Source: an uncultured Methanomicrobiales archaeon
GTDB lineage: Archaea > Halobacteriota > Methanomicrobia > Methanomicrobiales > Methanospirillaceae
Assembly: GCA_963758935.1 (NCBI GenBank)
Contig: CAVWXD010000002.1
Location: 82,461-146,460 of the forward strand
DNA length: 64,000 nt
Reading direction: 5' to 3'
Part shown: positions 1 to 12,445 of the stretch, in pieces
Layout: each line of letters begins with the position of its first letter
How positions within the stretch are numbered: position 1 is the stretch's first letter
Position numbers and translations under genes: made by a program
Notes under the pieces: generated by a model
The model's input: only the letters and a program-made list of their open reading frames with translations
Told to the model about the DNA's origin: nothing
The model's database searches: none

Positions 1-409
1 GCGCTTCGCATACCTGCACGACAAGATATTTTCCCGGGGGCCGGATCGGTCCGGTCGCCAGTGCGCAGCTTTCCACCAGCTCCGGCCCCGCCTTCAGGTA
101 CTCCGCCGCCCCGCCACGGACATCTTTCCTGCCGGTCGATACAAAATATTTGATCTCGTCGGGGACCGGGATGTATCCCGTGTGGAAGAGACCGCCGAGG
201 CAACAGCCCCCGGTTGCATCTTCCCCGACATAGATTGCCGACACTTCCGCGCCGGCTGCCATCCGGAACATGGACACCGCGAAGCACCGGTTCACTTCGC
301 TCATTTTAGGAATGCCGTCCGGAAGTACGTCCGTTCCATAGATCGCGAGAGGCCGGGTCGCCAGCCGGAATGCTGACGCCAGCCTCGCACTGATTTCCTT
401 AAAATTCAT
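1..409 (-). CDS. DUF169-like protein, 3' end outside window
   Basis: Manual translation from ATG at 409: MNFKEISARLASAFRLATRPLAIYG...NRCFAVSMFRMA...GGCCLGGLFHTGY...; frame open to the window edge. The Cys pattern resembles DUF169. Confidence 0.6.
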   Translation of the reverse strand, partial: MNFKEISARLASAFRLATRPLAIYGTDVLPDGIPKMSEVNRCFAVSMFRMAAGAEVSAIYVGEDATGGCCLGGLFHTGYIPVPDEIKYFVSTGRKDVRGGAAEYLKAGPELVESCALATGPIRPPGKYLVVQVCEA

Positions 410-1111
410 CTGAGTCACCTTTGGAGGGGATGGGAAAATAACATGATAAGGGTATTGATCGACTGACGATGGACGGCGGCGACGGTTATTACGGATCTCA
501 CCTAATATTCGCCAGCATGCAGGGTAATGTCCGGTTCCTCAATTCCGGCCCCATTTCAGCCCCCGATTCCCCGATTCGGTAATTTTCGACCTGCCAGTTC
601 GGGGCACTTTCCGGGGGTATTTTCAGGATTCCTGATATTTTGAGCCGGATTGGCAAACGGACTATTATACGGGGATAAAAACCTGCCTGTTCCATGCAGT
701 TTGGACAGAGGATCTCAAGGCCGTTCGATATACAGTAAGGAAAGACACAATCGCAGAAATTTACCCTGCAAAAAGACGCATGCCAAGGTTGTTTTTTGGG
801 CGGTTATTGATTTTTATGGGTATTCACCCGCATGAGGAAAACGGGCCTGGATTGCAAAAAAGTGTTTTTCACGTCGGAGAGACCAGGAAGACCCGGGGAG
901 ACACTGCATCCTCCTGCCTGGTTTCTCCCCGTCACGGGGAACCGCCTTTCCATCGAATTCCTTATCACATCACGATTGAAACATCCCGGTTAAAGTCCGA
1001 AAACGGACCCGTCTCTCCTTATCCTGAAAGAGGCGGGTTCTCCCGGAATGAGAATGATCGTGAACACGATACCCCATACGCGACCCCTGCCAGACACAGG
1101 AGCTTCCTAAA

Positions 1112-3662
1112 ATGCCGGCGCTCGACATAGAATCTGTCAGGGGCCTCTCCGCTGCGGAAGCGGCTGAGAAGATCCTGACCGAGGGATACAACGAACTCCC
1201 CGAGTCACAGAAACACGGCATTTTTGGTATCATCATCGGAGTGGTCAAAGAGCCGATGTTCATCCTGCTCGTTGTCAGTGGGCTGATCTATTTTGTCCTC
1301 GGCGATGTGACCGAGGGCATCCTGCTGATGAGTTTTGTGTTCGTCATCATCGGCATCACGGTTTACCAGGAGCGGAAGACCGAACGAGCGCTCGAAGCGC
1401 TCCGCAACCTCTCGAGCCCCCGGGCGCTGGTTATCCGGGACGGCGAACAGAAACGGATCGCCGGCCGCGAAGTAGTAACGGGCGATATGCTCATTCTCGT
1501 TGAAGGGGACCGGATCCCCGCCGACGGTGTCCTTATCTCTTCCAACAATGTCTCGGTCGATGAATCGCTCCTGACCGGTGAATCCGTCCCGGTCAGGAAA
1601 ACGTCCTGGACCGGGGATGAAGGCGGAACGACCGGGGGGTGACGATCTGCCGTTTGTCTACTCGGGGACCATGGTTGTGCAGGGCCAGGGCCTCGCCGAG
1701 GTCAGGTCTACCGGGGCACAGACCGAGATGGGAAAGATCGGCACCGTGCTCCAGACCGTGGAGCGGGGCGAGACCCGGCTCAAGGGAGAGATTACCCGGA
1801 TCGTCCGGTCTATTGCTGCGGTCGGCATCTTCCTGTGCATTATCATTGTGGTCGTATACGGCCTCACCCGGTTCAACTGGATCGAAGGACTGCTTGCGGG
1901 GATAACGCTCGCGATGGCGATCCTGCCGGAAGAGTTCCCGGTCGTCCTGACCATATTCCTCGCGCTGGGCGCATGGAGGATCTCCCGGAAAAATGTGCTG
2001 ACCCGGCAGGTTCCCGCGATCGAGACCCTCGGCTCCGCAACGGTGCTGTGCGTGGACAAGACCGGCACGCTCACCGAGAACCGGATGACGGTCCAGTCCT
2101 TCTTTGCCGGGGGCCAGCTCTGCGAGCATGACGCAACAGGAAAAAATTCCGTTCCGGATGTTTGTCATGAACTCGCAGAGTTTGCCATACTCGCCTGCAA
2201 AAAAGATCCCTTCGATCCCATGGAAAAAGCACTGGTCCGGTGACGGGAGGGGGACTTTGGGAAGACCGAACACATCCACACCGGCTGGGAGCTGATTGTG
2301 GAGTACCCGCTCCAGGCCGACCTGCTGGCAATGTCAAACGTATGGAGATCTCCCGGCGGCAAGGACTATATCATTGCGGCAAAAGGTGCGCCGGAAGCGA
2401 TAGCGGATCTCTGCCATTACAGCACATCCGAACGGGATGCACTGGGGGCTGACATCAATACGATGGCTGCCCGGGGACTCCGTGTCCTCGGGGTGGCAAA
2501 GGCGTCGTTCACCGAGTCCCATCTCCCCGACGGCCAGCATGATTTCACGTTCTCCTTCCTCGGTCTTGTCGGGTTTGCAGATCCGGTCCGCCCGGAGGCT
2601 GCCGGGGCGGTCGCCGACTGCTATTCGGCAGGTATCCGCGTGATCATGATAACGGGGGACTACCCGCTGACGGCGATGAATATTGCGCAGCAGATCGGGC
2701 TTGACGGTTCCGGCACCTGTATCACGGGAACCGAACTCGACGCGATGAACGATGAGGAACTGAAGACCCGGATCCGGTCGGCTTCGGTCTTTGCCCGGGT
2801 AGTCCCGGAACAGAAGCTGCGGATCGTCAATGCCTTAAAAACCACCGGTGAAGTCGTCGCGATGACCGGTGACGGCGTGAACGATGCCCCCGCCCTGAAA
2901 TCCGCTGACATCGGTATTGCCATGGGGGGCCGGGGGACGGATGTCGCCCGGGAAGCATCGTCGCTCGTGCTGCTCGATGACAACTTCACCTCGATCGTGG
3001 CAGCGGTCCGACTTGGGCGGAGGATCTTCGATAACCTGAAAAAAGCGATGGCGTATATCTTCTCGATCCACGTTCCGATCGCCGGCCTGTCCCTGATCCC
3101 CGTGCTCCTGAACCTCCCTCTCGTCCTGCTCCCGGTTCATATCGTTTTTCTCGAACTGATCATCGACCCGGCCTGTTCTATCGTTTTTGAATCGGAGAAA
3201 GAAGAGCGGAACGTGATGAAACGTCCCCCGCGACACCGCAACGAGGGACTCTTCACAAAAAAGATTCTGGTACTCAGCCTCCTCCAGGGATTTGTCGTGC
3301 TGGCAGTTGTCCTCGGGGTCTACATGACAGCACTGGGGAGCGGCGTATCCGAGCCCGAGGTAAGATCACTTACGTTTATTACGATCGTTATCGCAAACCT
3401 CTGCCTGATCCTGACCAACCGGTCCTGGTCTGAAACGATTTTCACGACCATTCGCACGCCAAACCGGGCGATGGTCTGGGTCTTTACCGGCACCCTGGTC
3501 TGCCTTATCCTCGTCATCTCGCTCCCGGTGCTCCGGGACCTGTTCCGGTTCGGGGAGGTATCGGCTTCTGATCTCACCTTGTGCATCTTGGCCGGTATCG
3601 GGAGCGTCATCTGGTTCGAGGCGTACAAATACTGGCGACGAAGATCGGCGGTTGAATCATAA
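1112..3662 (+). CDS. Cation-transporting P-type ATPase (Ca2+-type, P2A-like), split by 2 frameshifts (~1610, ~2240)
   Basis: Motifs LTGES, PEEFP, DKTGTLT, KGAPE, MITGD and TGDGVNDAPALK across three consecutive ORFs. Confidence 0.92.
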
Positions 3663-3802
3663 CACCTCGACCCGGTAGCTCGAGGGACGCGAAGCTCTCA
3701 TGTGTGATGATCTTCTTTACCGCCCTGGTCGGACCCAATCCCGCTTCCTTCGCGGAACCAAAAGACGACAACGCCTTGTGGGTTAAAATCTAAAAAAGGG
3801 GG

Positions 3803-4090
3803 TTACTTTCTTACTGCGCCTTCGATGATGTCCCCGATGAAGACACCAACGATGAAGATGACAGCGAGGATGACGATCCCGATGAAGATACCGACTGCAC
3901 CGATCAGCCCGACCCCGAGTCCGATGGCCCCGGGAGCAAAGACCATGGCGAGAAGCCCGAAGATTATCCCGAGCACAATGCCGATGATCGCACCGGTCTT
4001 AAGAAGGCCCCATTTGTCTTCCTTTCCCTTGTGAAGAAGCCCATACGCGATACCGATGATCAGGAGAAGCAGTTCAAACCACATAATCAA
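3803..4090 (-). CDS. Small Gly-rich membrane protein (HKGKED motif)
   Basis: 95 aa, ~3 hydrophobic helices; paralog of 4284..4565. Confidence 0.8.
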   Translation of the reverse strand: MIMWFELLLLIIGIAYGLLHKGKEDKWGLLKTGAIIGIVLGIIFGLLAMVFAPGAIGLGVGLIGAVGIFIGIVILAVIFIVGVFIGDIIEGAVRK

Positions 4091-4283
4091 AACCCGGATT
4101 CAGATTTTATTTTCTCTGATAAATAGGTTCCCGGAAAATTTCTGCGTATGACCAAAACTGTTGCATCAATCTGACGCGGATGTCGTTTTCCGGCACCAGG
4201 AACCCGAAAGCCGGTGTCGTGCACCGGGTATTTACCAATCCGGAAAATGCTCTGCGACGGCCCACCGATGGGCGCAAATCCGG

Positions 4284-4565
4284 TTATCCCTTTATCGTCT
4301 CCTCGACAAGATCGCCAAGGAATACTCCTAGGATGAAGAGGATCACGAGCGTGATAACCAGGAGAAGAATTCCTCCCAGGCCGGTCTGGTCAAGCCCGAG
4401 GCCGGTAAGGCCGGGGGAATAGAAAAGGGCGAGCGGGCCGAGAATGATTCCCAGCACGACCCCGACGGTTGCCCCAGCTTTGAGGAGACTCCGCGTATCT
4501 TCAATCCCTTTGTGCAGGAACCCATAGGATACTCCTATGATCAAAAAGAACAGTTCCAGCCACAT
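4284..4565 (-). CDS. Small Gly-rich membrane protein, tandem paralog
   Basis: MWLELFFLIIGVSYGFLHKGIED vs MWFELLLLIIGIAYGLLHKGKED in the neighbour. Confidence 0.78.
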   Translation of the reverse strand: MWLELFFLIIGVSYGFLHKGIEDTRSLLKAGATVGVVLGIILGPLALFYSPGLTGLGLDQTGLGGILLLVITLVILFILGVFLGDLVEETIKG

Positions 4566-5168
4566 TCTGCACGACTCCTGGTTGCAGTGTTATTCAAGAT
4601 AGGTAATTAAGTTCCCGAATGGTTCGATTTGCCAAAATCCCTGAGGATAAAGATCAGGGAGACCGCCTACAGTCGCAGATGTATCCTTTTTACAGGATAT
4701 CTCTAAAAATATCTTGCCAACCGATGGGATCCGGTCACTGTAAGGCGAGTATTTCGCGTGGAAATTTCCCTGATGATTTGTCGCGGATTTTCCGGAAGAC
4801 GGTACCCTGGTTCGCACGTAGCAGGAACGGCAAATGCCATAGAAGAACAAACCTTTTAGTGGCAACCTCATCATCCACTAACCCAAATTTTTTTCCAATT
4901 CATATCTAAAACATTTTTTCAAAATTCCCCGCCGAATTTTTTATATCCTTGGACTCCCATAAGGCAGCCATATCACTCCAGCCAATATCTTTTTGAAATA
5001 AATCCACCCACCACCCAACTCCATTCAATAAGATCCAGCTGCAGCGACCCAATACCATGCAGTTCCATTCCCATTTTCCCGCAAACTTGGCAATCCCTTG
5101 AATTTCGGAATCCCAAAAATATTTATACTTTATATGATATGTAGTAAAATGCAGAGGGGCATTCAGAA

Positions 5169-5393
5169 ATGAAGAAATTTCACTGCAGGGATTGCGGGAT
5201 GGATTGCGCTTACCATACCTCCGGGTCGGATGAGCACCAGATCTCCCGGAAAGTAATCCAGCACATGCACGAGGTCCATAACATCGACGTTATCTCGGCC
5301 GAGTTCATGTTAAGGATCCATAACGCAATCCGGAACAGGAAAACAGCCGACAGGATCTCTGCGGATCTGCCAGCTGTTCCCCTCGTTGCGTAA
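5169..5393 (+). CDS. DUF1059 small metal-binding protein
   Basis: CRDCGMDC...HMHEVH pattern; AT-rich TATA-like stretch at ~5118-5135 upstream. Confidence 0.8.
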   Translation: MKKFHCRDCGMDCAYHTSGSDEHQISRKVIQHMHEVHNIDVISAEFMLRIHNAIRNRKTADRISADLPAVPLVA

Positions 5394-5591
5394 TGGACCA
5401 AGCCTCCAACCTTTCACGTCCTCCTCTTTTTTTTGATTCTTTAAAGGTCAGTTTTTTTCGGACAACTCTGCTGTGAGCGTTCGGATCATCGCGGGGAGAA
5501 ATCATCTCTTGGGATTCTTCCATTTTTTTGGAAATATCATAATACAAATTTTTATCTACTTTTTTGCATTACAATAATGTAGATTACCACA

Positions 5592-6860
5592 ATGACCGTA
5601 CGGGATGCACTGCTCCAGCAGAAAAAAGAACTGGAACCTCCGGAGGCAGGAGCGTTATATTGAGCGAAATGCAGGGCTGGTGGACGGAAATAACCGGCTT
5701 ATCCGTATCGTGATTGGTCCGCGGAGAGCGGGTAAATCGTTCTTCGTAACCCGGTATTTGCTGGAGCACGGTCCGTTCGGGTATGTAAATTTCGATGACG
5801 AGGGACTTACCGGTGCGGAAAAAATTCCCGACATCCTTTCCGCTGTCGCCGAGATCTATCCCGGCACTAAAACGCTCCTCCTTGATGAGATCCAGAATAT
5901 CCCGGGATGGGAACTTCTTGCAAACCGGCTTGCCCGCCAGGGATATTCGCTCTGCATCAGCCGGGAGTAACGCCCACCTGCTCAGTGCTGAACTTGCTAC
6001 CCACCTTACCGGCAGGCACACGGTGACAACAATTTTTCCCTTCTCCTTTTCTGAATTCCTTCGCACGAAACCCGGTGACCACACAGAAAGCGAATACCGG
6101 TCGTTCCTGACGGAATATTCTTCTGTCGGAGGATTTCCTGAGCCCCTGCTGACGACTATCGACCGAAAAGAATACCTTCTACGGCTCTTCGACGCAGTGG
6201 TATACAAAGATATTATCAGGCGCTATCGGGTGAGGTCCCCCAGGGTCTCGGCGATCTTGCGCAGTATCTCTGTTCGAATGCAGCTGGTGAATACTCTGTC
6301 CACCGCCTCACCCAGGTTACCGGGTGCAAAAGTGACCTTACCGTTAAGAAGTACCTTGCATACCTTGAAGAAGCATTTCTCTTTTTCTCTGTCCCGCGTT
6401 TTTCGTATAAAGTTAAGGAACATGTTCTCGCAAACAGGAAAATCTATTGCATCGATAATGGTTTTATCACCGCCAAAGGATTCCGGTTTTCCCGGAATGA
6501 CGGAAGCCTCATGGAAAACCTTGTGGCAATTGTACCTCCGGCAGCTCGAAATCGCGGGAGAGCTGAACCTTTACTACTGGAAGAGACTCAAACACGCATG
6601 AGGTTGATTTTGTCCTGGAACACAGCGGCGGAGTACGTGCCCTGATCCAGGTCTGCACCGATCTCTCCGATGACAAGGTCAGGAGCCGGGAGGTCAACGC
6701 GCTCCTGATCGCCGGACGTGATTGCTCCTGCGAGAACCGGGTAATCCTCACTATGAATGAAGAACATACGACGACTGAAGAATGGTTTGGTATCCGGGGA
6801 ACTATCCGGTACATCCCCCTCTGGAAATGGCTACAGCAGCCGAAAATTCCCGTGAGCTGA
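5592..6860 (+). CDS. AAA+ ATPase with DUF4143 (COG1373-like), several frameshifts
   Basis: Walker A GPRRAGKS, Walker B LLLDEIQ, HLTGR, GGFPE, EVDFVL and C-terminal IPLWKWL, spread over frames. Confidence 0.85.
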
Positions 6861-7166
6861 ACAAAGATGCAGAAATCGGCGACGGGTCTGTCTGTTACGT
6901 CGCGATAAAAAGGCGGATTTCCTTTAACGGAAAAATGTTTTTCCAGAACATTCCAATCTGTTTATTAAAAGTCTGACCGGAATGGAAGATCCTGATTAGT
7001 ACTAATCACGATCGGGATTATTAGGGTATCGCCGTGATCGTTCATTCCCGGACACGTCTGTTGATACAAACTGGCAGGCACCACCTCATTCTACCGTCAC
7101 CTTTGCCACTTGATATATGCCGGGTCTTCGATGAAGGTATGATCTCCCTGCATTCATCAACCCGGA

Positions 7167-8425
7167 TCAATCCCCGATCGCCGCATACGCCGTCGCCATG
7201 AAATCCAGGCAGACAGGCGGGGGACTCGGTGAACTCCATGCCTGTTGTGTCATCAGGATCCCGACCATCCTTTCTGCCGGGTCCGAGAACTACATCGTCC
7301 CCATACCGCCGCCCCAGCCGAACCTGCCAGGGACTTCTGCCACGCCTGTTCGCCGGGTTACCATAGAAACCCCCAAACCCCAGCTGTTGTTGTCGAAGAA
7401 CCCGCTCTCGAGCCCCCCACCCGACTTCTGCCCGGGCGTCAGCTGGTCGGTCGTCATCGCCTCGACCGACGGCCTTGAGAGGATCCGCACATCGCCGAGC
7501 GTTCCCTTGTTGAGCATCATCTGGCCGAAGGCGAGGAAATCGTCGGCGGTCGAGACGAGGCCGGCGGCACCGGAGGGGAACAGGGGCGGCCGGCTCCACT
7601 CGCCTCCCACCGGAGTGTCGTAGACTTCGGGCACGCCGCTCGCGGGGTTCGTCATGTAGCTGGTCGCAAGACGCCCGATATTTTTCTCCGGCACGAAAAG
7701 ACCGGTGTCCTTCATGCCGAGCGGCCCGAAGATCCGTTCCTGCAGGAAGTCTTCGAATGGCATCCCGGATGCACGTGCCACGAGGACGCCCAGCACGTCA
7801 AAACCGGTATTGTACATCCACCGTTCGCCCGGCTGGTAAGCGAGCGGCAGGGTCCCGAGCCGCCGCATCCACTCATCCGGCTCAGGGAACAGCGAGGGAC
7901 GGGGAGGTCCCTGGTCCGGAAGAATACGGCTCATCTCCGCCTGGATTGGGTACATTCCCGGCAGGGCCATGATGATACCGAGCCCCATGGTCATCGTGAG
8001 CAGGTCGCGGACCGTGACCGGCCGTCTCGCAGCTACGGTGTCTTCGAGCGGCCCGTCGATCTGGTGCAAAACCCGGCGGCCCGCGAGCTCGGGAAGGAAC
8101 TGGTCCACCGGGTCGTCAAGCCGCAGGGCACACTCCTCGACGAGGATCATCGTCGCCGTTGCGGTGACCGGCTTGGTCATGGACGAAATCCGGAAGATCG
8201 TGTCTCTCTGCACGGGCGCCTTACCGCCGGCTCGCGAGCGTCCCGAACGCATCGGCATGGACTTTGCCCTGCCCGGCTCACCAGCAGGACGAGCCCCGGC
8301 ACCTCTTCGCGGCGGACAAAGCCCGTCATCGCCGTATGCATGCGGGCAAAGCCGGCCCTGGTCAGACCACCGGGGCTCATCTCCGTATCCCTCCCCTCCG
8401 GGAAAAACGGCTCGTGTGCCGGCAT
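7167..8425 (-). CDS. Serine hydrolase, beta-lactamase family (frameshifted)
   Basis: FRISSMTK (SxxK), WMYN, LGMKDTG, GRFGWGG. Confidence 0.85.
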
Positions 8426-8528
8426 TTATATCCGGTAATGACTACAGCCGGTGACGAAACACCGGGAGCGCCGGCCGGGACACGGGAACGCCGGAATGTG
8501 AGGGAAACCTGCATCGGTGACATCCGGC

Positions 8529-9167
8529 TCAACCCCCCGCCTGGTTTTTCTTTCCCATGTCAGCCGGCGTATAGGAGAGGACAATGACCCCCGAGGAACC
8601 GAGCGTCTTTGTCCCGGCAAGCTTCAGGCCATGCTGCCCGATACCGTCCCGGAAGAGCCGCTGCCCGGTCCCGAGGACAAGGGGGAAGACCATGAGCCGG
8701 TATTCATCGACGAGGTTGTTCCGTATCAGGGTCTGCACGAGGTCCCGCTGCCGGCCACGAGGATGTCTTTTCCGGGCTGCTTTTTCGAGCTTCGCAATCT
8801 CCTCTGCGACGTCCTTTTTTATCAGGTGGGAGTTGTTCCACTCTGCCTTGTCAAGCGTTTTTGAAACCACGTATTTGGCAATGCTGTTCATCCGGGCGGG
8901 AAACAGGTTTTTCTCTTCGGGCCGGAACGCCTTCGCCCTGCCGCCCGCCTCCTTTACCATCCGCAGGTTCTCTTCGTCGGTCAGGGTCGGCCAGGCACCC
9001 GCAAAGATCTCATACGTCACCCGGCCGAGCAGGAGAGCGTCGCTTGCGAACAGTTCATCGAACTTGTATTTCTGGATCTCGTCGTTCCAGAACGAAAAAC
9101 TCCATTGGTCCGGCGCCTCCATAACGCCGTCAAGGGTCATGAACTCGGTAACAATAACGTTCCTCAT
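8529..9167 (-). CDS. Dihydrofolate reductase-like (RibD C-terminal) protein
   Basis: MTLDGV, LLGRVTY, KYVVSKTL, LVDEYRL..P..LGTG; apparent compensating frameshift pair near 8745-8785. Confidence 0.85.
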   Translation of the reverse strand: MRNVIVTEFMTLDGVMEAPDQWSFSFWNDEIQKYKFDELFASDALLLGRVTYEIFAGAWPTLTDEENLRMVKEAGGRAKAFRPEEKNLFPARMNSIAKYVVSKTLDKAEWNNSHLIKKDVAEEIAKLEKAARKRHPRGRQRDLVQTLIRNNLVDEYRLMVFPLVLGTGQRLFRDGIGQHGLKLAGTKTLGSSGVIVLSYTPADMGKKNQAGG

Positions 9168-9355
9168 GATGTTTCCTCCAAAGACAGTTATTCATCATAT
9201 TCCTTTGCCCGCATCCCCGGGACGGGAATAAAAAAGTGTGAGGAAAAAAAACGCTTTAAAAAAAGTGCAGGGCAAAAATTCCCTTAATTTCTTTTCGCCG
9301 GGATTCCGCGGGTTGCCGCAGGCAAGGGTCAGGCAGTTTGGGATGATCTGGTTTT

Positions 9356-10375
9356 CTAAAGTCTCCGTGAAACAAACTCGGCAGTCCCGCCCTTCTCCAC
9401 GAGATCGGCAAGCCGGTCCATGATCTCGGGACCGCTGTCTTCCATGCCCGATTTCATCATCCCGTCCCGGTCCTCCACCGACTCGAATATTGATTTCTCG
9501 GTCAGTTTCGTCCTGCCGTTCAGGTCTTCGAAGGTCACGATCCCGAGCAGGACGTGGCCCGGCATTCCTTCGAACTCGAAGGTATAGACGATCCGCTTGT
9601 CGGAGACCTGGTGGTATACGCCATGGAACCAGTATTCCCCATCGGCGTCGCGGTTGAGGATCCGCCATGACCCGCCCGGACGTGCCTCCATCGCCTCCAC
9701 GACAATCGAATATCGCCGGGGCGCCCACCACAGGGCCATGAGTTTTGGATCCGTAAAGGCCTTGAACAGCCGTTCGGGGGGAGCATCGAAGACGCGTACG
9801 ATGGAGGCTTCCTGCCTTCCCGGTTCTGCGATAACAAGGGTTTTTGCCCGGCCTGATTTCTCCTCTTCGAGAACGGCATCCAGCTTATCGAAGGACTCGT
9901 TCCAGCCGGCCTTTGCCATCTCGCTCTGCTCGCCCGGCGGCATACCCTCGTGCCGGAGCGTCATCGTTGTCGCGCCTTTCTCCACGGTAAGGGTCACCGT
10001 GACGCGAAGTTCAAGGGGGAAGGGGTCCGTCATGCCATAGTAAGAGGCCGGAACGACATTCCCCTTCTCATCGCTGAAGCTGTCCGTCGCAACAAATCGC
10101 TCCTCCGGGACAATCTCGAGATAGGTGCCCGTGCTCCAGAAATCCTTACCCTCCGGCGATCTCATCGCGTTGAGATACTTCCCGCCAACACGGAAGTCGA
10201 TCTTTGCAACAGGTGCGGTGAATCCTTTGGGCCCCCACCATCGCATCACGAGACCGGGCTCGGTCCATGCCCTCCACACGAGAGAACGCGGTGCATTGAA
10301 CCTGCGGGTAATAACCAGGTCTTTTTTCCGGGTGTCATTCTCGGTCCGGGTCATGCCTGAAAGTGACTGTGCCAT
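9356..10375 (-). CDS. Tandem double SRPBCC/AHSA1 domain protein
   Basis: Two repeats of R.F.AP...W/F.A.T.P....WW.P. Confidence 0.88.
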   Translation of the reverse strand: MAQSLSGMTRTENDTRKKDLVITRRFNAPRSLVWRAWTEPGLVMRWWGPKGFTAPVAKIDFRVGGKYLNAMRSPEGKDFWSTGTYLEIVPEERFVATDSFSDEKGNVVPASYYGMTDPFPLELRVTVTLTVEKGATTMTLRHEGMPPGEQSEMAKAGWNESFDKLDAVLEEEKSGRAKTLVIAEPGRQEASIVRVFDAPPERLFKAFTDPKLMALWWAPRRYSIVVEAMEARPGGSWRILNRDADGEYWFHGVYHQVSDKRIVYTFEFEGMPGHVLLGIVTFEDLNGRTKLTEKSIFESVEDRDGMMKSGMEDSGPEIMDRLADLVEKGGTAEFVSRRL

Positions 10376-10610
10376 GAAAGCACAAAGATACGGTAATCCG
10401 ATATATTCTTTTGGCCGGTCAGACTTGCGGGGAGAACTGACTCAATCACGCCAGGTATTGTACCGGGATTTTACCCACAAGAAATGCAAACCCCGATCCT
10501 GCCAGCGTCTTTTCTCAAGGGACTTCGTGCAAAAAAGAACGCAGCCGTACCCTGCCAATAGTTCGACGCAGCTGAACGGAACAAAAAAAGATTATCCGGA
10601 CCGGGAATCT

Positions 10611-11135
10611 TTACCGGTCCTTGAACTTCTCGACCACCCGGACGTTGTCGCCGCGGACGGTGATCGGGATCGGGACGACGCTCTCGTAGAGCTCGACCGT
10701 GATCTCTTCTTTGGCGGAGTCGACCCGCTTGACAACCGCCTTCTCGCCCTTGAACGGGCCGGCGATCAGTTCGACGATGGTCCCCTCATCGATACCGGCA
10801 ACCACCGGTTTCGGGATGAGGAAATGACCGACTTCGGCAAGGCTCGTCTCGCCCTTGATAACCGCACGGGCATGGGCGACTTTCTCGACCAGCTGCTCGA
10901 TACGGTTCAGCTTCTCCGGGGTCTCGACGAGGACGTAGCCTTTCAGCTCGTTCGGCACAATGATTGCCGTCACCTTGACGTCGGTTGCCTTGGTATCGAT
11001 GGCCTTCTGTATATTGTCAGCGACCGTCCGCTCCTGCTTGGAGGTTGTCTTGATCGCAAAGATCCGGTTCGTGAAGACCTCTGGTTCGGACGCCACCGGT
11101 GGAACAGGGGGTGTCTCTTTTGTCATGGCCATCAC
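10611..11135 (-). CDS. spt5: Transcription elongation factor Spt5/NusG
   Basis: NGN domain (LKGYVLVE) and KOW motif GPFKGEKAVV; downstream of secE. Confidence 0.95.
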   Translation of the reverse strand: MMAMTKETPPVPPVASEPEVFTNRIFAIKTTSKQERTVADNIQKAIDTKATDVKVTAIIVPNELKGYVLVETPEKLNRIEQLVEKVAHARAVIKGETSLAEVGHFLIPKPVVAGIDEGTIVELIAGPFKGEKAVVKRVDSAKEEITVELYESVVPIPITVRGDNVRVVEKFKDR

Positions 11136-11137
11136 GA

Positions 11138-11347
11138 TCAGAAGCCCAGGAGAGTCTGGTGGTCGAAGGATACGTAGATGAGGAATCCGATCAGCCCGAT
11201 GAGGAGGACACCGGCGGCTGCAACAATGGCGATCCGGGTGAACTCTTCACGGGTAGGCGTCCGCGCGAGTTTTAAGACCCGCAGGTATTTGCGGAACAAC
11301 TCTTCGTGCAGGTAATCGGTCTTGAAATCAGGTTTTGATATTTCCAT
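11138..11347 (-). CDS. secE: Protein translocase SecE (Sec61 gamma)
   Basis: YLRVLKLARTPTREEF plus one TM helix; between ftsZ and spt5. Confidence 0.93.
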   Translation of the reverse strand: MEISKPDFKTDYLHEELFRKYLRVLKLARTPTREEFTRIAIVAAAGVLLIGLIGFLIYVSFDHQTLLGF

Positions 11348-11353
11348 ATTGAC

Positions 11354-12445
11354 TCACTTGAGAAAATCGATCTCAAACTGTTTCTGTACTTTGGGGGTAA
11401 GTTTCTCATTGCGACCATATATTTGTGGCGACCGTACGCCCGTGACCACAAGGAGTGTCCTCATCTTGCACTCCATCGCGGGGTCGATCTGGGCACCCCA
11501 GATAATCCGCGCGTTCGGGTCGACCCGGTTATAGACTTCCTGCACTACTCCCTCTGCTTCTTCCATGGTCATGTCCGGGCCGCCGACCACGTTGACGAGT
11601 GCTGCGGTCGCACCGCTGATATCCACATCGAGGAGCGGGCTGCGGATGGCTTTCTTGACCGAGTCTGCCGCCTTGTCCTCGCTGTCACTTTCTCCCATAC
11701 CGATCATGGCGACACCGCCGCGTTCCATGACGGTCCGCACATCGGCAAAGTCGAGGTTGACTAAACCTGGCATGGTGATGAGTTCGGTGATACCCTTTAC
11801 CGCACGCATCAGGACTTCGTCGGCGATCTTGAAGGCCGCGTAGAGGGGAAGTTTCGGAACGATCTCGAGCAGCTTGTCATTGGGCACTACAATGACCGTG
11901 TCCGCCACATCCCGGAGGCGTTCGAGACCTGCTTCTGCGTTCTCCATGCGGATGGCACCTTCCGCTGCGAAGGGGAGGGTCACGACTGCGATCGTGAGCG
12001 CTCCTTCCTCGCGGGCAGCCTTGGCAACGACCGGTGCGACACCGGTACCGGTTCCGCCGCCGAGGCCGACCGTGATGAAGACCATGTCGCATCCCGAGAC
12101 AACGGCACGGATCTCCTGCTCGTTTTCGAGTGCCGCCTCTTCCCCGATCTGGGGGATGGAGCCGGCGCCGAGGCCCCGGGTCCGCTGCCTGCCGACGAGG
12201 ATACGCTGGTCGGCGTGGGTGCGGATGAGGTGCTGGGCATCGGTATTGATGGCGATCAGCTTGGCGCCGTGGATACCTTCTTCCATCATGCGGGAGATCG
12301 TGTTCGACCCGCCGCCACCGCAGCCGATGACCGCGATCTCGGTCTTCAGCTCTGCGAGGATCTGGTCGAGATCGTCATTATTCTGCGAGGGGGACGGTGT
12401 CTCGTCTCTCGCCTTCGTTAGTGCCTCTTCAACAATTGACCTCAT
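11354..12445 (-). CDS. ftsZ: Cell division protein FtsZ (FtsZ1-type context)
   Basis: [29 protein letters not shown]. Confidence 0.98.
   Translation of the reverse strand: MRSIVEEALTKARDETPSPSQNNDDLDQILAELKTEIAVIGCGGGGSNTISRMMEEGIHGAKLIAINTDAQHLIRTHADQRILVGRQRTRGLGAGSIPQIGEEAALENEQEIRAVVSGCDMVFITVGLGGGTGTGVAPVVAKAAREEGALTIAVVTLPFAAEGAIRMENAEAGLERLRDVADTVIVVPNDKLLEIVPKLPLYAAFKIADEVLMRAVKGITELITMPGLVNLDFADVRTVMERGGVAMIGMGESDSEDKAADSVKKAIRSPLLDVDISGATAALVNVVGGPDMTMEEAEGVVQEVYNRVDPNARIIWGAQIDPAMECKMRTLLVVTGVRSPQIYGRNEKLTPKVQKQFEIDFLK

Noticed and set aside
10125-11177. Long antisense ORFs (e.g. 10125..11177, 29693..30610, 42645..43580)
   Set aside because: Shadow frames of well-supported genes in GC-rich coding DNA.
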